Virus record (IMG/VR): IMGVR_UViG_3300005298_000141
Coordinates: 1 to 53,068 of that record
Origin: a virus
Lineage: Duplodnaviria; Caudoviricetes
DNA length: 53,068 nt
Strand: one strand, 5' to 3'
Shown here one piece after another: positions 9,538 to 18,428 of this stretch (position 1 is the first letter of the stretch; each line of letters starts with the position of its first letter). The notes below the pieces were generated by a model, which was not told the DNA's origin, did no database searches, and saw nothing but the letters and a program-made list of their open reading frames with translations. Both the position numbers and the translations under genes were made by a program.

Positions 9538-10331
9538 AGGAAGCAACCATAACGCTGCTGAATGCGGCAGCAGAGGCAATCCGCCCACGCTGGCCGCACG
9601 CAAGACACATCCTGCCAGAAGAAAGAGACGTCTCCAGCCGAAGGATTGAGTATAGCGTGGTCTGGCCCGGCTACGGGGAAGGGAAAAAGGAGCCCGGCGA
9701 CCTCCTGCTATTCCGCTGCGGCACCCGGACCCGCCCTGAAGCCGTTGACCATCTCCTGGACCCCAGGAAACTGGCGTCCGCCGCAAAAGAATGCCGGGCA
9801 ATTGCCAAAGCCCGGGACAGAATGGCGCAGGAAATCCGCGAGTTGGAGTGCCAGGAGTTAAACGTTCTCATCGCAGAAGCGAATGCCCTCGTCGCAGCAG
9901 GGCTCGTCCCGGCAGACCTGCCAGGCGAGGAGTTTTACCCCCTCTATCCCATTGCTTCCCGTATCCTGTCCCTCCATACCCCCAGACTTGACACCAGTCC
10001 AGACGCGCTCCAGCGTGTCTTCCACGCCATTATCTCTGGTGAACTACCGTTCGGCATCAGAGTGGAAACCAGAGATTCCGTACAGTTAGCCACCATTACC
10101 GTCCTGGAATCAGCCGACACCGCTCTGCAAATGGATGCATCACTGCGAGCGTCAGGTGAAGTGTCCATATCCTGGAACGCCGTTGTGAACGGCAACCCAT
10201 TACCAATCGCAGCCAGTACATTCAGAATTTGCGTGGAGCGCGTTGCGGCCGTTTGCCCAACGCCACGTCAGGCGCTCCTGCTCATAAAGCGACTGGACGC
10301 CATCAGGCTCATGCTTCACCAGACGGAGTGA
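9534..10331 (+). CDS. paralogue array member 8
   Basis: RPRWPH, VVWPG, EANALVAAGLVP, PLYPIA, CPTPRQA. Confidence 0.87.
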   Translation: MKEATITLLNAAAEAIRPRWPHARHILPEERDVSSRRIEYSVVWPGYGEGKKEPGDLLLFRCGTRTRPEAVDHLLDPRKLASAAKECRAIAKARDRMAQEIRELECQELNVLIAEANALVAAGLVPADLPGEEFYPLYPIASRILSLHTPRLDTSPDALQRVFHAIISGELPFGIRVETRDSVQLATITVLESADTALQMDASLRASGEVSISWNAVVNGNPLPIAASTFRICVERVAAVCPTPRQALLLIKRLDAIRLMLHQTE

Positions 10332-10346
10332 GTACAGGAGGTCGGC

Positions 10347-11162
10347 ATGAAGGAAGAAACCATGCTTCTGTTGGGAGCGGCCAGGGAGGCCGTAAGACCT
10401 CGCTGGCCACACCCAAACGTAATATCGCATCACCTGCCAGCAGAACGCAACGTGTCACGTACATCAACCATCATTGTCTGGCCGGGATACAAAGGCGGAA
10501 AGCAGTGTCTCCATCACCTGCTGAATTTCAGAAGGGCATCAAGCACCATCCCAATTGAGCAGTCAGCATCCCTTGAACCGATGCTTGACCGCAACGAGGT
10601 GCTTCAGGCCACCAGAGAGTGCACTGAACTCTCTCAGCATCTTGACAGAATGGCGCAGGCCATCCGAGACCAGCAGAAAGCAGAGTTCGGGGCGCTGATT
10701 GCGGAAACAAATGCACTCCTGCTTGTCGGGGTTACTGACGAGCCACCAGGGGACTTTGCTCCGCTGTTCCCGGTCATCCACCGCATGCTCACTGTATGCC
10801 GTGCATGCGAAAATGGATTTGTTCGTCCTGACGCTTTCCGAAAACTGGCGTCGGATATAATTGCCAGGAAAACCCACCTGGGCATCTGTGTTGAAAGCAT
10901 GCCGCAGGAGTACGGCCAGTCGGTGGAGTTCATCATCGCAAACACCGGCGAGGCACGCCTGCACCTGTACACCGAACTGCGTGGCGAACGGGCTTTCGCC
11001 TCGTGGTTCGTCGCAGAGAGCGAAACTGTTCAGTACATTGCTGGCCACTCATACACGGCGAGCGCTATTAAGGTGTCAAAAGTATGCGGAACGCCCCACG
11101 AGGCCCTGGCGCTGAAACAGCGCCTGGACGTCATCATTTCTGCATTGGGAGGTGAAGCATGA
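10347..11162 (+). CDS. paralogue array member 9 (closest to member 8)
   Basis: RPRWPH, IVWPG, ETNALLLVG, PLFPV, CGTPHEA. Confidence 0.87.
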   Translation: MKEETMLLLGAAREAVRPRWPHPNVISHHLPAERNVSRTSTIIVWPGYKGGKQCLHHLLNFRRASSTIPIEQSASLEPMLDRNEVLQATRECTELSQHLDRMAQAIRDQQKAEFGALIAETNALLLVGVTDEPPGDFAPLFPVIHRMLTVCRACENGFVRPDAFRKLASDIIARKTHLGICVESMPQEYGQSVEFIIANTGEARLHLYTELRGERAFASWFVAESETVQYIAGHSYTASAIKVSKVCGTPHEALALKQRLDVIISALGGEA

Positions 11163-11971
11163 ACCAGGAATTGATGAACCGGTGGATAACCGTGGCCCAC
11201 CAGATTGCCCGACACAGATGGCCGGTGGTCCACGTGCCTCTTCCGCCGCAGAGGAAAATCGGGGAAAACCCTGAGGCTTCAACTTCACTGTACTGGCCGG
11301 GAAAGGGCGGGCGCGAGGGAGTGGAATACGTACTGGAACGTGGGCCCAAGGGGCAGCACCATTACTGGATTGGGAACGCGCTGGTTGAAAAATACGCTGA
11401 CCGACTCGCGGTGGCAAATGCCATCGCGGAGTGCGAGACGGCGCTGGCAACCATCTCCCACCTGACTGCCCTGGCCCAGAAGGATAAGGAGTACCAGACG
11501 CTGTCAGACATCGTAAATGCGCTTGTCCTGGCAGGCCGGGTCCACCACGAGAACATCGCCGACCTCGGCGAATTCAAGCCGCTCGTCGCTGTCTGCTACG
11601 AAATGCGGCAAATCGCAGGTAGGGACTGGCACGGTAGCAGGGTGAGAAATCTCGTTGAAGGCCTGATGGATGGCAGGGTTTTTTGTACGGAAGTCACAGT
11701 AATCCGAGAAAACGGCAGACTGGCACAGGTCAAAGCCCAGATATATCGCGGACTTTGCATAGTGTTCTACTTCTGGGGGCATGAATGGACCTCACTGGCA
11801 GACTGCTGGTTCGGCGTCCGGTATGACAACGAGTTGGAACTTCAGGCCATCGGCGAGACATATCGTGACCAGACCTGGCACATTTCGCATATATGCGAGT
11901 TGCCCGGTGAGGCCCTCACGCTACTGGATATTCTCACCGCTGTCAAAAGAATCCTCGGCTGGGAGGAGTAG
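11159..11971 (+). CDS. paralogue array member 10
   Basis: RHRWP, LYWPG, VNALVLAGRV, VRNLVEGLMDGRV, CELPGEA. Confidence 0.87.
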   Translation: MNQELMNRWITVAHQIARHRWPVVHVPLPPQRKIGENPEASTSLYWPGKGGREGVEYVLERGPKGQHHYWIGNALVEKYADRLAVANAIAECETALATISHLTALAQKDKEYQTLSDIVNALVLAGRVHHENIADLGEFKPLVAVCYEMRQIAGRDWHGSRVRNLVEGLMDGRVFCTEVTVIRENGRLAQVKAQIYRGLCIVFYFWGHEWTSLADCWFGVRYDNELELQAIGETYRDQTWHISHICELPGEALTLLDILTAVKRILGWEE

Positions 11972-11973
11972 AA

Positions 11974-12756
11974 ATGGACCTGAATGTGAAAGCATTCGTA
12001 GAAATGGCTGCGCGCGCGTCCGCGCCCAGGTGGCCTGCGGTTCGCCAACCATTGGTCAAAACCAGAAACATCGCCGCTGCCGGCAAGCAGATTTTCTGGC
12101 CTTGCCGTGACCGCCTGCTGCCGGAATGCCTGGGATACGTAAGCCAGGGGGATACAACCCTGCACGTCAGACACCCTGCTGTTGTTGAGCAGATAGACCC
12201 AGAGGCAGCAATCAGGGCGGAAATGGAATGCCGCGACTTCATTGAACAGGTTGAGAGGGAACTGGCATGGGTAAAAGAGATAGACCCGAACTACACCGCC
12301 CTTAAAGAAGAAACAGATGCGATGCTGCTTGCCAGGGTCATATCAGCAGAAACTGCAAGTATGCTTGGTGACAGGCTGCCGCTGGCCCCGTGCGTGTTCC
12401 TGGTAGAACGGCTAACGGACAAGGCATGGCCCGGCAGACAGGTCCGCCATCTGGTAGATGAGTTGATGAGTGGGCGCGTCATGACTTCTATCACCATAGA
12501 GATTGACATGTCCTACGGGGGGCTTCCATCAGCAGTTACAATTAATATGTTCGGCGAGTTGCGGCTTTTCTTCAGGTTCTGGGAGCATGGCTGGGGAGGC
12601 AATGCTCCTGCTCTACTGGTTGTTGAGGACGAGCAGGTTCTGGGATGGGATAGCATATCCCGTGCCATTGCCGCGTTCTGCCCTTCACCGTCTGATGCTG
12701 TAGCCCTCAAACATGCCCTCTTAACCATTCTGGAAATTCTGGAGGAACAGCCATGA
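11974..12756 (+). CDS. paralogue array member 11 (closest to member 10)
   Basis: APRWP, IFWP, ETDAMLLA, VRHLVDELMSGRV, CPSPSDA. Confidence 0.87.
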   Translation: MDLNVKAFVEMAARASAPRWPAVRQPLVKTRNIAAAGKQIFWPCRDRLLPECLGYVSQGDTTLHVRHPAVVEQIDPEAAIRAEMECRDFIEQVERELAWVKEIDPNYTALKEETDAMLLARVISAETASMLGDRLPLAPCVFLVERLTDKAWPGRQVRHLVDELMSGRVMTSITIEIDMSYGGLPSAVTINMFGELRLFFRFWEHGWGGNAPALLVVEDEQVLGWDSISRAIAAFCPSPSDAVALKHALLTILEILEEQP

Positions 12757-13484
12757 AGTCCATTCTGGAAACTGTCGCCGTGAAACACTTCCCCAAATTG
12801 CCTCCGGAAACCTGGGCGGAACTCCGGTCAGAATTGGGCCAGGAACCGCTCCGGTTCGGGCAGTGGACATGGCCAGCGCCCGGAGAATGGCCGGAGGCCC
12901 TCCGCTTCGCCAGGTCCGGCAACCATGACATCCCCATAGACCAACTGGACTCGCCGAAATTCGCGGCAGAAATGGCCCGGATTCAGCAGTGGTGCACAGA
13001 AGTCCTCGTTCCGCGCGTCCGGGATGAGTCCATGAAAATTGAGCACGAACAAAGTCACTACCGCACAGCCATAGAAGAGGAGGCACAAGCGATACTCCTG
13101 GCCGGCTTTGCCAGGACCTCGCGAGACGAACTCCTTGCATGGCTTCCCCTTGCTGCAAGAATGATGGCTCTCTACCAGACCGTCTGCACCTCGCCGCTCA
13201 TACTGTCCCCGTACCTCGTCACACTGCCAGAAGGCGACTACCTCGCCTACGCTGACATCACCATCCAGGACCAACTATGCCTGCTGGCACAGATACCCCG
13301 CGAATTTCCGGACATGGCCTGCCCTCGTTATTACGTGAGAGGCAGGTTCGCCGAGCACCACCCTGTATCAATCACCGGTGTGGCATACTGGCTGGAGGAC
13401 ACAATGCCTGTCAACGACTACGCCAGCATCATCCGCGCAATGGAGCGAATTGACGAAATCCTTCTGGCAAGGGGAGGCAAATGA
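12753..13484 (+). CDS. paralogue array member 12 (divergent)
   Basis: WTWP, EAQAILLAG, WLPLAARM. Confidence 0.8.
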   Translation: MKSILETVAVKHFPKLPPETWAELRSELGQEPLRFGQWTWPAPGEWPEALRFARSGNHDIPIDQLDSPKFAAEMARIQQWCTEVLVPRVRDESMKIEHEQSHYRTAIEEEAQAILLAGFARTSRDELLAWLPLAARMMALYQTVCTSPLILSPYLVTLPEGDYLAYADITIQDQLCLLAQIPREFPDMACPRYYVRGRFAEHHPVSITGVAYWLEDTMPVNDYASIIRAMERIDEILLARGGK

Positions 13485-13557
13485 TAAGTTGTCAGTTGCA
13501 TGGAAGCACTTGACAAGCATTCCTGAACGTTCTCCAGGTGGACAGGAGGAGGCAAAG

Positions 13558-14382
13558 ATGAATAGGACAGAAGCAATCAGGAAGTTTGAGGAAGCCGTGA
13601 AAAATCTGCGGGCACCATGGCCATGTGCCTCATTACCAGTAAATCCGGCAGAAATCCGGTTCGTAATTGGCGATGGTGTCACCTGGCCTGGAACCGGCGA
13701 AAAGCGGCGCTACGTCACGCCGCAGCACTGCTTCTATTATGCAGACCTGCCAGACGGGAGTCGCGTCAGGGTTGGCTATGGGTACTGGAAGACGCTGGCA
13801 AGAAAGTCAAAACTGAACAGTGCCGAAGTCGCCCGGGCAACGATGCTCATCGCCGGTCTCCAGGAATACCTGGACAGGATGTCAGCCTTCGTGCTGGACC
13901 TTCCCTGGCAGAAAGGTGCACTTGACGAAATCAAAGCCCGGGTCGCAGCGCTGGAACTCGTGGGAGCGTTTAAGGCCGCAATGAAACCACCGGAACTGTA
14001 CTTCGCAGCCCTGTTGTGGTACCTGCAGTATGCGGCACAGGTGCTGGTGATGAACTTCGTCAGGAGCGGGGATAGGGTTCGCTTGTGGCCCGGCGCAGAA
14101 ATCGTCTTCATGGAGGGGCAATGGCCTCAACTGCGGCTATACTATCCCAGGTGCTACCCGCCCACAGCCTGGGTGTCGGTGTCACTGGCTGTTGAGTCGC
14201 AGGCCGGCATAGAAGCCCTGGTTGGTCACCATTACCTGTGGACGCCAGCAGGGCTGGCGAGGGCTATAAGAGTTTGCGAGGAAATTATCGGGAAGTACCC
14301 GCAGAACTCAGAGCGCGACGAACGCCGGATTGCCCCGGCGTCAGGCAGGAAGTATAATAACATCAACAGGAGGTCATCATGA
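13558..14382 (+). CDS. paralogue array member 13
   Basis: ORF restarted at ATG 13558 behind AGGAGGAGG. Motifs APWP, VTWPG, VAALELVG, LWTPAG. Confidence 0.83.
   Translation: MNRTEAIRKFEEAVKNLRAPWPCASLPVNPAEIRFVIGDGVTWPGTGEKRRYVTPQHCFYYADLPDGSRVRVGYGYWKTLARKSKLNSAEVARATMLIAGLQEYLDRMSAFVLDLPWQKGALDEIKARVAALELVGAFKAAMKPPELYFAALLWYLQYAAQVLVMNFVRSGDRVRLWPGAEIVFMEGQWPQLRLYYPRCYPPTAWVSVSLAVESQAGIEALVGHHYLWTPAGLARAIRVCEEIIGKYPQNSERDERRIAPASGRKYNNINRRSS
14330..14358 (+). promoter_or_regulatory. sigma70-type promoter
   Basis: TTGCCC-17 nt-TATAAT, just before AGGAGG and ATG 14379. Confidence 0.6.
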
Positions 14383-14801
14383 AAATCGGTGAGGTGCTTT
14401 CTAAAGACTTGCTGGAAATTATCGCAGACACAGAGCAGGCAAGACAGGCCGCAGACGATTTGGCTGTCAGAATCCACGAAGACGGCCAGAGCCTCGGCAT
14501 CTTTGTCGTTGAGGTAGGAGTCAAGAGACCTTCAAAAAGCGGGATGTGGAAGAAATGCTGGCCCATCCCCGCGGCTGAAGGTAACTGGACAAAGGTACCC
14601 CCGAACAGCAAACTCTTCCGGAGATGGGTGCGCTATGCCAGAGAGAGAGGACTGTGGCTTGCCTGGGTGCAGGCCATTGTCCCGGAAAGTCGGAGCAACT
14701 GGCTGGCGCCAGCAAAGAGAAGAAAAAAGAGGGACACCCGGCAAACGCCGGGCGCCCTCATCCCACAGGAGGTGCAAGATGACCCGACTCCTAACAGGTA
14801 A
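14379..14801 (+). CDS. hypothetical protein
   Basis: 140 aa ORF with AGGAGG SD and its own promoter. Confidence 0.75.
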   Translation: MKIGEVLSKDLLEIIADTEQARQAADDLAVRIHEDGQSLGIFVVEVGVKRPSKSGMWKKCWPIPAAEGNWTKVPPNSKLFRRWVRYARERGLWLAWVQAIVPESRSNWLAPAKRRKKRDTRQTPGALIPQEVQDDPTPNR

Positions 14802-15017
14802 TAACTTCTCAGGTTTCTGTGCGTTATTACCTGTTAGGCCGCAACCCTGTCCTGCTGCTCGTGTACCGCAATTCTACCACAGAATACCCCAGCAGGCAAT
14901 ACTACTTTAGTGGTATTGACACAGTAATCCCGGAGTATGCACCGAACACAGACCGGTCACCGTCTTATTACCCTAAAGTGGTATTGACAAACTACCCAAA
15001 AGTAGTATACCCAACTC

Positions 15018-15046
15018 TTGACAATAGACCACAAAACTGGTACTAT
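15018..15046 (+). promoter_or_regulatory. sigma70-type promoter
   Basis: TTGACA-17 nt-TACTAT with TG extension. Confidence 0.65.
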
Positions 15047-15139
15047 CCTTACGCCATTCATTCCTAAAAAATTATAGGGGGGGGTGTGGGGGGGGGGAAT
15101 CCCCCCAAAAAATTGCGCAAAAAAACTATTAAGAAGGGC

Positions 15140-15168
15140 TTGACAAAACCGAAACTTTGTGGTATAAT
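15140..15168 (+). promoter_or_regulatory. consensus sigma70 promoter for the middle operon
   Basis: TTGACA-17 nt-TATAAT with TG extension, upstream of AGGAGGTG and ATG 15222. Confidence 0.9.
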
Positions 15169-15221
15169 AAATGCGAAACAATGGTTATGAAAAACCCAAA
15201 AATTCCCGCAGGAGGTGACCT

Positions 15222-16001
15222 ATGTACACGATTGCTTTCAATGCTCAGGAGGCAAAGGCGGTTGAGCACATTATGGACCGCCTGGCCCAATCACAGTACT
15301 TCGTCTCGCCCGTTCAGGGGCTCGTATTCAGCGAGGACCCCGGCATCATCTTCGCCATTGCCTCCACGTTGAACAATCACAACATCCCGTATGCAGCCTC
15401 CCCGTTGCCGCTTGGCCCCTGGCGGAAGCGCCTGTTATGGCGCCTGACCGATGGCTACAAAACGGCCTACTCATGCTGGATGTGCGGGAAGGTTTCGGAA
15501 ACCGAATCCTTCTGCAAGTACTGCACAAGTGTTTCCCTCGTTGAAAACCCGGTTGGCGCCAAGACCGGGGTGCCAGCATCAGTTGGGCTTCTGGAAATCT
15601 GGTGGATGACCCGGTTCCGCTCAGGGAATTTCTTCCCCGGCACCAGCGTGGTATTCACGCTCCAGACCCCAGATGAAACCACAGCACCTCTCCCGCTTGA
15701 CCCCGGCATTGTAACTGTGGCAAAGGCCATCGCCGGGACACGGTTGCCCTACAATACTGCTCTCAGCATACTTGACGGATACCATGCATTCGGTACAGAA
15801 TGGAAAACACCTCGCGCTGACCACAACCTCGCTCTTCTCCAGGAACGCTTCCCTTCCTACAACGTCCCGCCAGAATTCTCCGTTCTCAGAGCCGTAGCGA
15901 ACTACCCGTCCCTTCTGAGCGAAGTGGGAGAGTACACATGGAGCGTAATCATGGACAACCACAAAGAACTGCTGGCGAAAGAGTCGCCGTCGTCCCATTA
16001 G
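15222..16001 (+). CDS. hypothetical protein with Zn-ribbon
   Basis: CWMC...CKYC motif. Strong SD. Confidence 0.75.
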   Translation: MYTIAFNAQEAKAVEHIMDRLAQSQYFVSPVQGLVFSEDPGIIFAIASTLNNHNIPYAASPLPLGPWRKRLLWRLTDGYKTAYSCWMCGKVSETESFCKYCTSVSLVENPVGAKTGVPASVGLLEIWWMTRFRSGNFFPGTSVVFTLQTPDETTAPLPLDPGIVTVAKAIAGTRLPYNTALSILDGYHAFGTEWKTPRADHNLALLQERFPSYNVPPEFSVLRAVANYPSLLSEVGEYTWSVIMDNHKELLAKESPSSH

Positions 16002-16189
16002 GAACGACAGTTGTTGAGGTTGTCATACCGCAGGCGGTGGGGCCGTGCTCAAACTGCAACGGATGGGGAACCATGTTTCTCGTGGACGAGCAGCGTGGCA
16101 TGATTGCCACACCCTGCCCTGTATGCAACAATCTCTCACCAGCACAATCACAGTTGGTCAGGAAATTCAGGTGCGATGGAGGTTGTTGA
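15938..16189 (+). CDS. small Zn-finger protein
   Basis: CSNC...CPVC. Fills the gap between neighbouring genes; start uncertain. Confidence 0.55.
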   Translation: MERNHGQPQRTAGERVAVVPLGTTVVEVVIPQAVGPCSNCNGWGTMFLVDEQRGMIATPCPVCNNLSPAQSQLVRKFRCDGGC

Positions 16190-16946
16190 ACTCGCAAACC
16201 AGGCATTCGCCGACTCGGAGTGGGACCCGGAGCAGTACCACCGAACCCTCCGGGTCCCCCGCTATCACATTTATTTTGTTGCTCCAGAGTTGTCGTTTTT
16301 AACAACAAAGTTCTGGGAAATCTGGAGGCCGTTTCGTTTCGCAAAGGGGTGGGCCACCCGGTTTATCGCCATTAACAGGGCAAAGGATGCAGGCCTGCTG
16401 AGCGATTACGGCCTGGTTTTTGCCAGGGGGTGGATTCTCGCCAGACCGCGAGACCCGCGATTGCCGCCCATTGCTTTCAGCCAGCAGGAACTGTCCGTCA
16501 GCGACTCCGGACTTGAGATTGTCACAGTTGCCCAGCCGTACATTAGCGTCCAGTTGCGCCCGCCAGGAATACCCGGGGGACAACTGGTAGAACGACTCAT
16601 CATTTTCCAGCGTATCGTCCGTGCAGATAAGCCACTACAGGTCGCGATGGTCCGGGTGGACGTCGTTACAGGAAAGTTTGTCACTCCGTCAGCGACGGAC
16701 CTTGACCTCGGGGAGCGTGCAAGGCTGGCATTCGCAATCTCCGCGGGCCTGCCGGTGAGCGCGAACTGGAAGGTCATTGGAGCAAAAGCCCCGGAGAAAC
16801 TCGCCAGGTTAATTGCCAGCCAGCACCCGGAAGACCTGGGAGTTCCGGGGCCATGGACAAGGGAGTCGCTGGCGGCATTCATGGTAGTGACTGGAATTGC
16901 CCATCCACAACTTGCAGTAACAATTGCTGAGCGGGTGTTGGAATGA
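16176..16946 (+). CDS. hypothetical protein
   Basis: ORF 16104..16946, likely starting at ATG 16176 behind AGGTG. Confidence 0.7.
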   Translation: MEVVELANQAFADSEWDPEQYHRTLRVPRYHIYFVAPELSFLTTKFWEIWRPFRFAKGWATRFIAINRAKDAGLLSDYGLVFARGWILARPRDPRLPPIAFSQQELSVSDSGLEIVTVAQPYISVQLRPPGIPGGQLVERLIIFQRIVRADKPLQVAMVRVDVVTGKFVTPSATDLDLGERARLAFAISAGLPVSANWKVIGAKAPEKLARLIASQHPEDLGVPGPWTRESLAAFMVVTGIAHPQLAVTIAERVLE

Positions 16947-17461
16947 GAGGACTATCTGTCAAACAACTGGTTCGGGCGTACAACAGTCTGCCGGAGGACT
17001 TTGAAGCGCATGTCATTAGCGCTGTAGAGCGCCTCCGCGATGCACAGGTGGAACTAATGCGTCTGGCGCTGCAGGCCGCCGAGTGCGGCCAGACAGACTA
17101 CTTCGCCTCTCTTGTGGGAGTAAGTCGTTCCACCGCCATAAACTGGGCGGTGGTTTACAAAACCTTCGGCGATGAAATTTCGCCGGACATCCCTGTCTAT
17201 GCATATGTCAACGCCGCCCTTGCCAGCGGCGGCGACAGAGAAAAAGCCGAAAACCTGCTACAACAAATTGCCGAGCAGGGAGTGACTGCCTGGCTTGAAT
17301 CTCGCGGTGTTCCACCATCGTTCAGAGGGTCAGGCGTACTGATTGTCGGGGAATCATTCTTCGGGGTAAAAGCAACGCCACAGCCCTGGATGACGGATGG
17401 GCTTCCAGTATCATTCTCGGTGAGGAAGGTGGATACCAATGAGGAAAACACCGGTGGTTGA
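16943..17461 (+). CDS. putative HTH DNA-binding protein
   Basis: FASLVGVSRSTAINW resembles a helix-turn-helix. ATGA overlap. Confidence 0.6.
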   Translation: MRGLSVKQLVRAYNSLPEDFEAHVISAVERLRDAQVELMRLALQAAECGQTDYFASLVGVSRSTAINWAVVYKTFGDEISPDIPVYAYVNAALASGGDREKAENLLQQIAEQGVTAWLESRGVPPSFRGSGVLIVGESFFGVKATPQPWMTDGLPVSFSVRKVDTNEENTGG

Positions 17462-17792
17462 GTTCACTGTGCCCGGCAGGCCAATACCGATGCCGAGGCC
17501 GAGGCTGTCCGGCTCACGAGTATTCATTCCGCCGTCCGTCACTGCCTACAAGGACTCCATTGCTCTCATTGCAAAAGGGACAGCCTGGCTTGACGGCGAC
17601 GTCGGAGTCCGCATCACTTTCCGGATAGCCGGGCGCAGGAAGTCCGACATAGACAATCTTATCAAAAGCGTATTGGACGCACTGAACGGGATTGTCTACA
17701 AGGACGACAGACAGGTGGTTTGGCTGGAGTCAACACTCCACCGGGACACAGAGGAATCCACAACTATCACCCTTTACAGGATTGAGCAATGA
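17439..17792 (+). CDS. rusA: RusA-family Holliday junction resolvase
   Basis: FTVPGRPIPMPRPR and DIDNLIKSVLDALNGIVYKDDRQV motifs. Confidence 0.92.
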   Translation: MRKTPVVEFTVPGRPIPMPRPRLSGSRVFIPPSVTAYKDSIALIAKGTAWLDGDVGVRITFRIAGRRKSDIDNLIKSVLDALNGIVYKDDRQVVWLESTLHRDTEESTTITLYRIEQ

Positions 17793-18268
17793 CAGCAAGC
17801 GCGAGCGAAAAAGAATTTGACATACTTCGGCCAGTGGTCGCCGTACTGCCTGGTCAGCCCATACCACAGCCATTTCGGCCAGCGGTGGTCTGCTTTATCA
17901 GCGGGACCCATTCCCCGCCCAGCGGAGTTGACGCGATAGAAGTGAAACCCGTCGTAAAGTCTGCTCACACCACGCCGCTTGACACTTGCCCGAACATCAG
18001 TAAATTGATAACCCAGGCATCCATTCTCGGTGATGGTTTGATAACCTCAGTTCCCCTTGTTGTCGTTGGTTTGAGGACTGTCGTTGTCAGCGGGACATCC
18101 GTTGCTCCGCTGTGCCCAGACTGCAAAGAAAAGGAGTGCAAGTATGCGAAGGTCATTAAACCCGGTAAGACCTCCACTGGAGGAAACGTTCGCGGACTTT
18201 CCTCCATCCTACGTGCCGAAACGACCGGAGGTCGTCAGCGCAGTGCTAAAGCACAGGTGCTTCGCTAA
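17789..18268 (+). CDS. hypothetical Cys-containing protein
   Basis: ATGA-coupled ORF with CPDC...C. May continue into the 18084..18428 frame. Confidence 0.6.
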   Translation: MTASASEKEFDILRPVVAVLPGQPIPQPFRPAVVCFISGTHSPPSGVDAIEVKPVVKSAHTTPLDTCPNISKLITQASILGDGLITSVPLVVVGLRTVVVSGTSVAPLCPDCKEKECKYAKVIKPGKTSTGGNVRGLSSILRAETTGGRQRSAKAQVLR

Positions 18269-18428
18269 AGCAGCAAAGGAGTTGTCTCTAACCCGGCAGC
18301 GAGTGCACCAAATTTACTGGCGCGAATGGAGGCGTGCAAGATGGCTGGCAAGACTATCGGAGAAAGAGCAATCGCCAAACTTGGCTGGCGACCCAGACCT
18401 GGTCAGGCAGAAGCAGTATCAGAGTTGA
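18084..18428 (+). CDS. overlapping ORF with sigma region-4-like HTH
   Basis: FAKAAKELSLTRQRVHQI. Start uncertain (TTG). Confidence 0.5.
   Translation: MSAGHPLLRCAQTAKKRSASMRRSLNPVRPPLEETFADFPPSYVPKRPEVVSAVLKHRCFAKAAKELSLTRQRVHQIYWREWRRARWLARLSEKEQSPNLAGDPDLVRQKQYQS

Noticed and set aside
13489-13516. Promoter from TTGACA at 13510
   Set aside because: No -10 box at proper spacing. It is part of an imperfect inverted repeat (TTGTCAGTTGC...GCACTTGACAA) of unknown meaning.
3910-14382. Diversity-generating retroelement, shufflon or integron as the source of the array
   Set aside because: I saw no reverse transcriptase, recombinase, near-identical template/variable repeats or attC-like sites between genes. 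The similarity is visible only at protein level.
14819-15067. 82 aa Tyr/Pro-rich ORF
   Set aside because: No SD, and it overlies the promoter cluster. Most likely non-coding.
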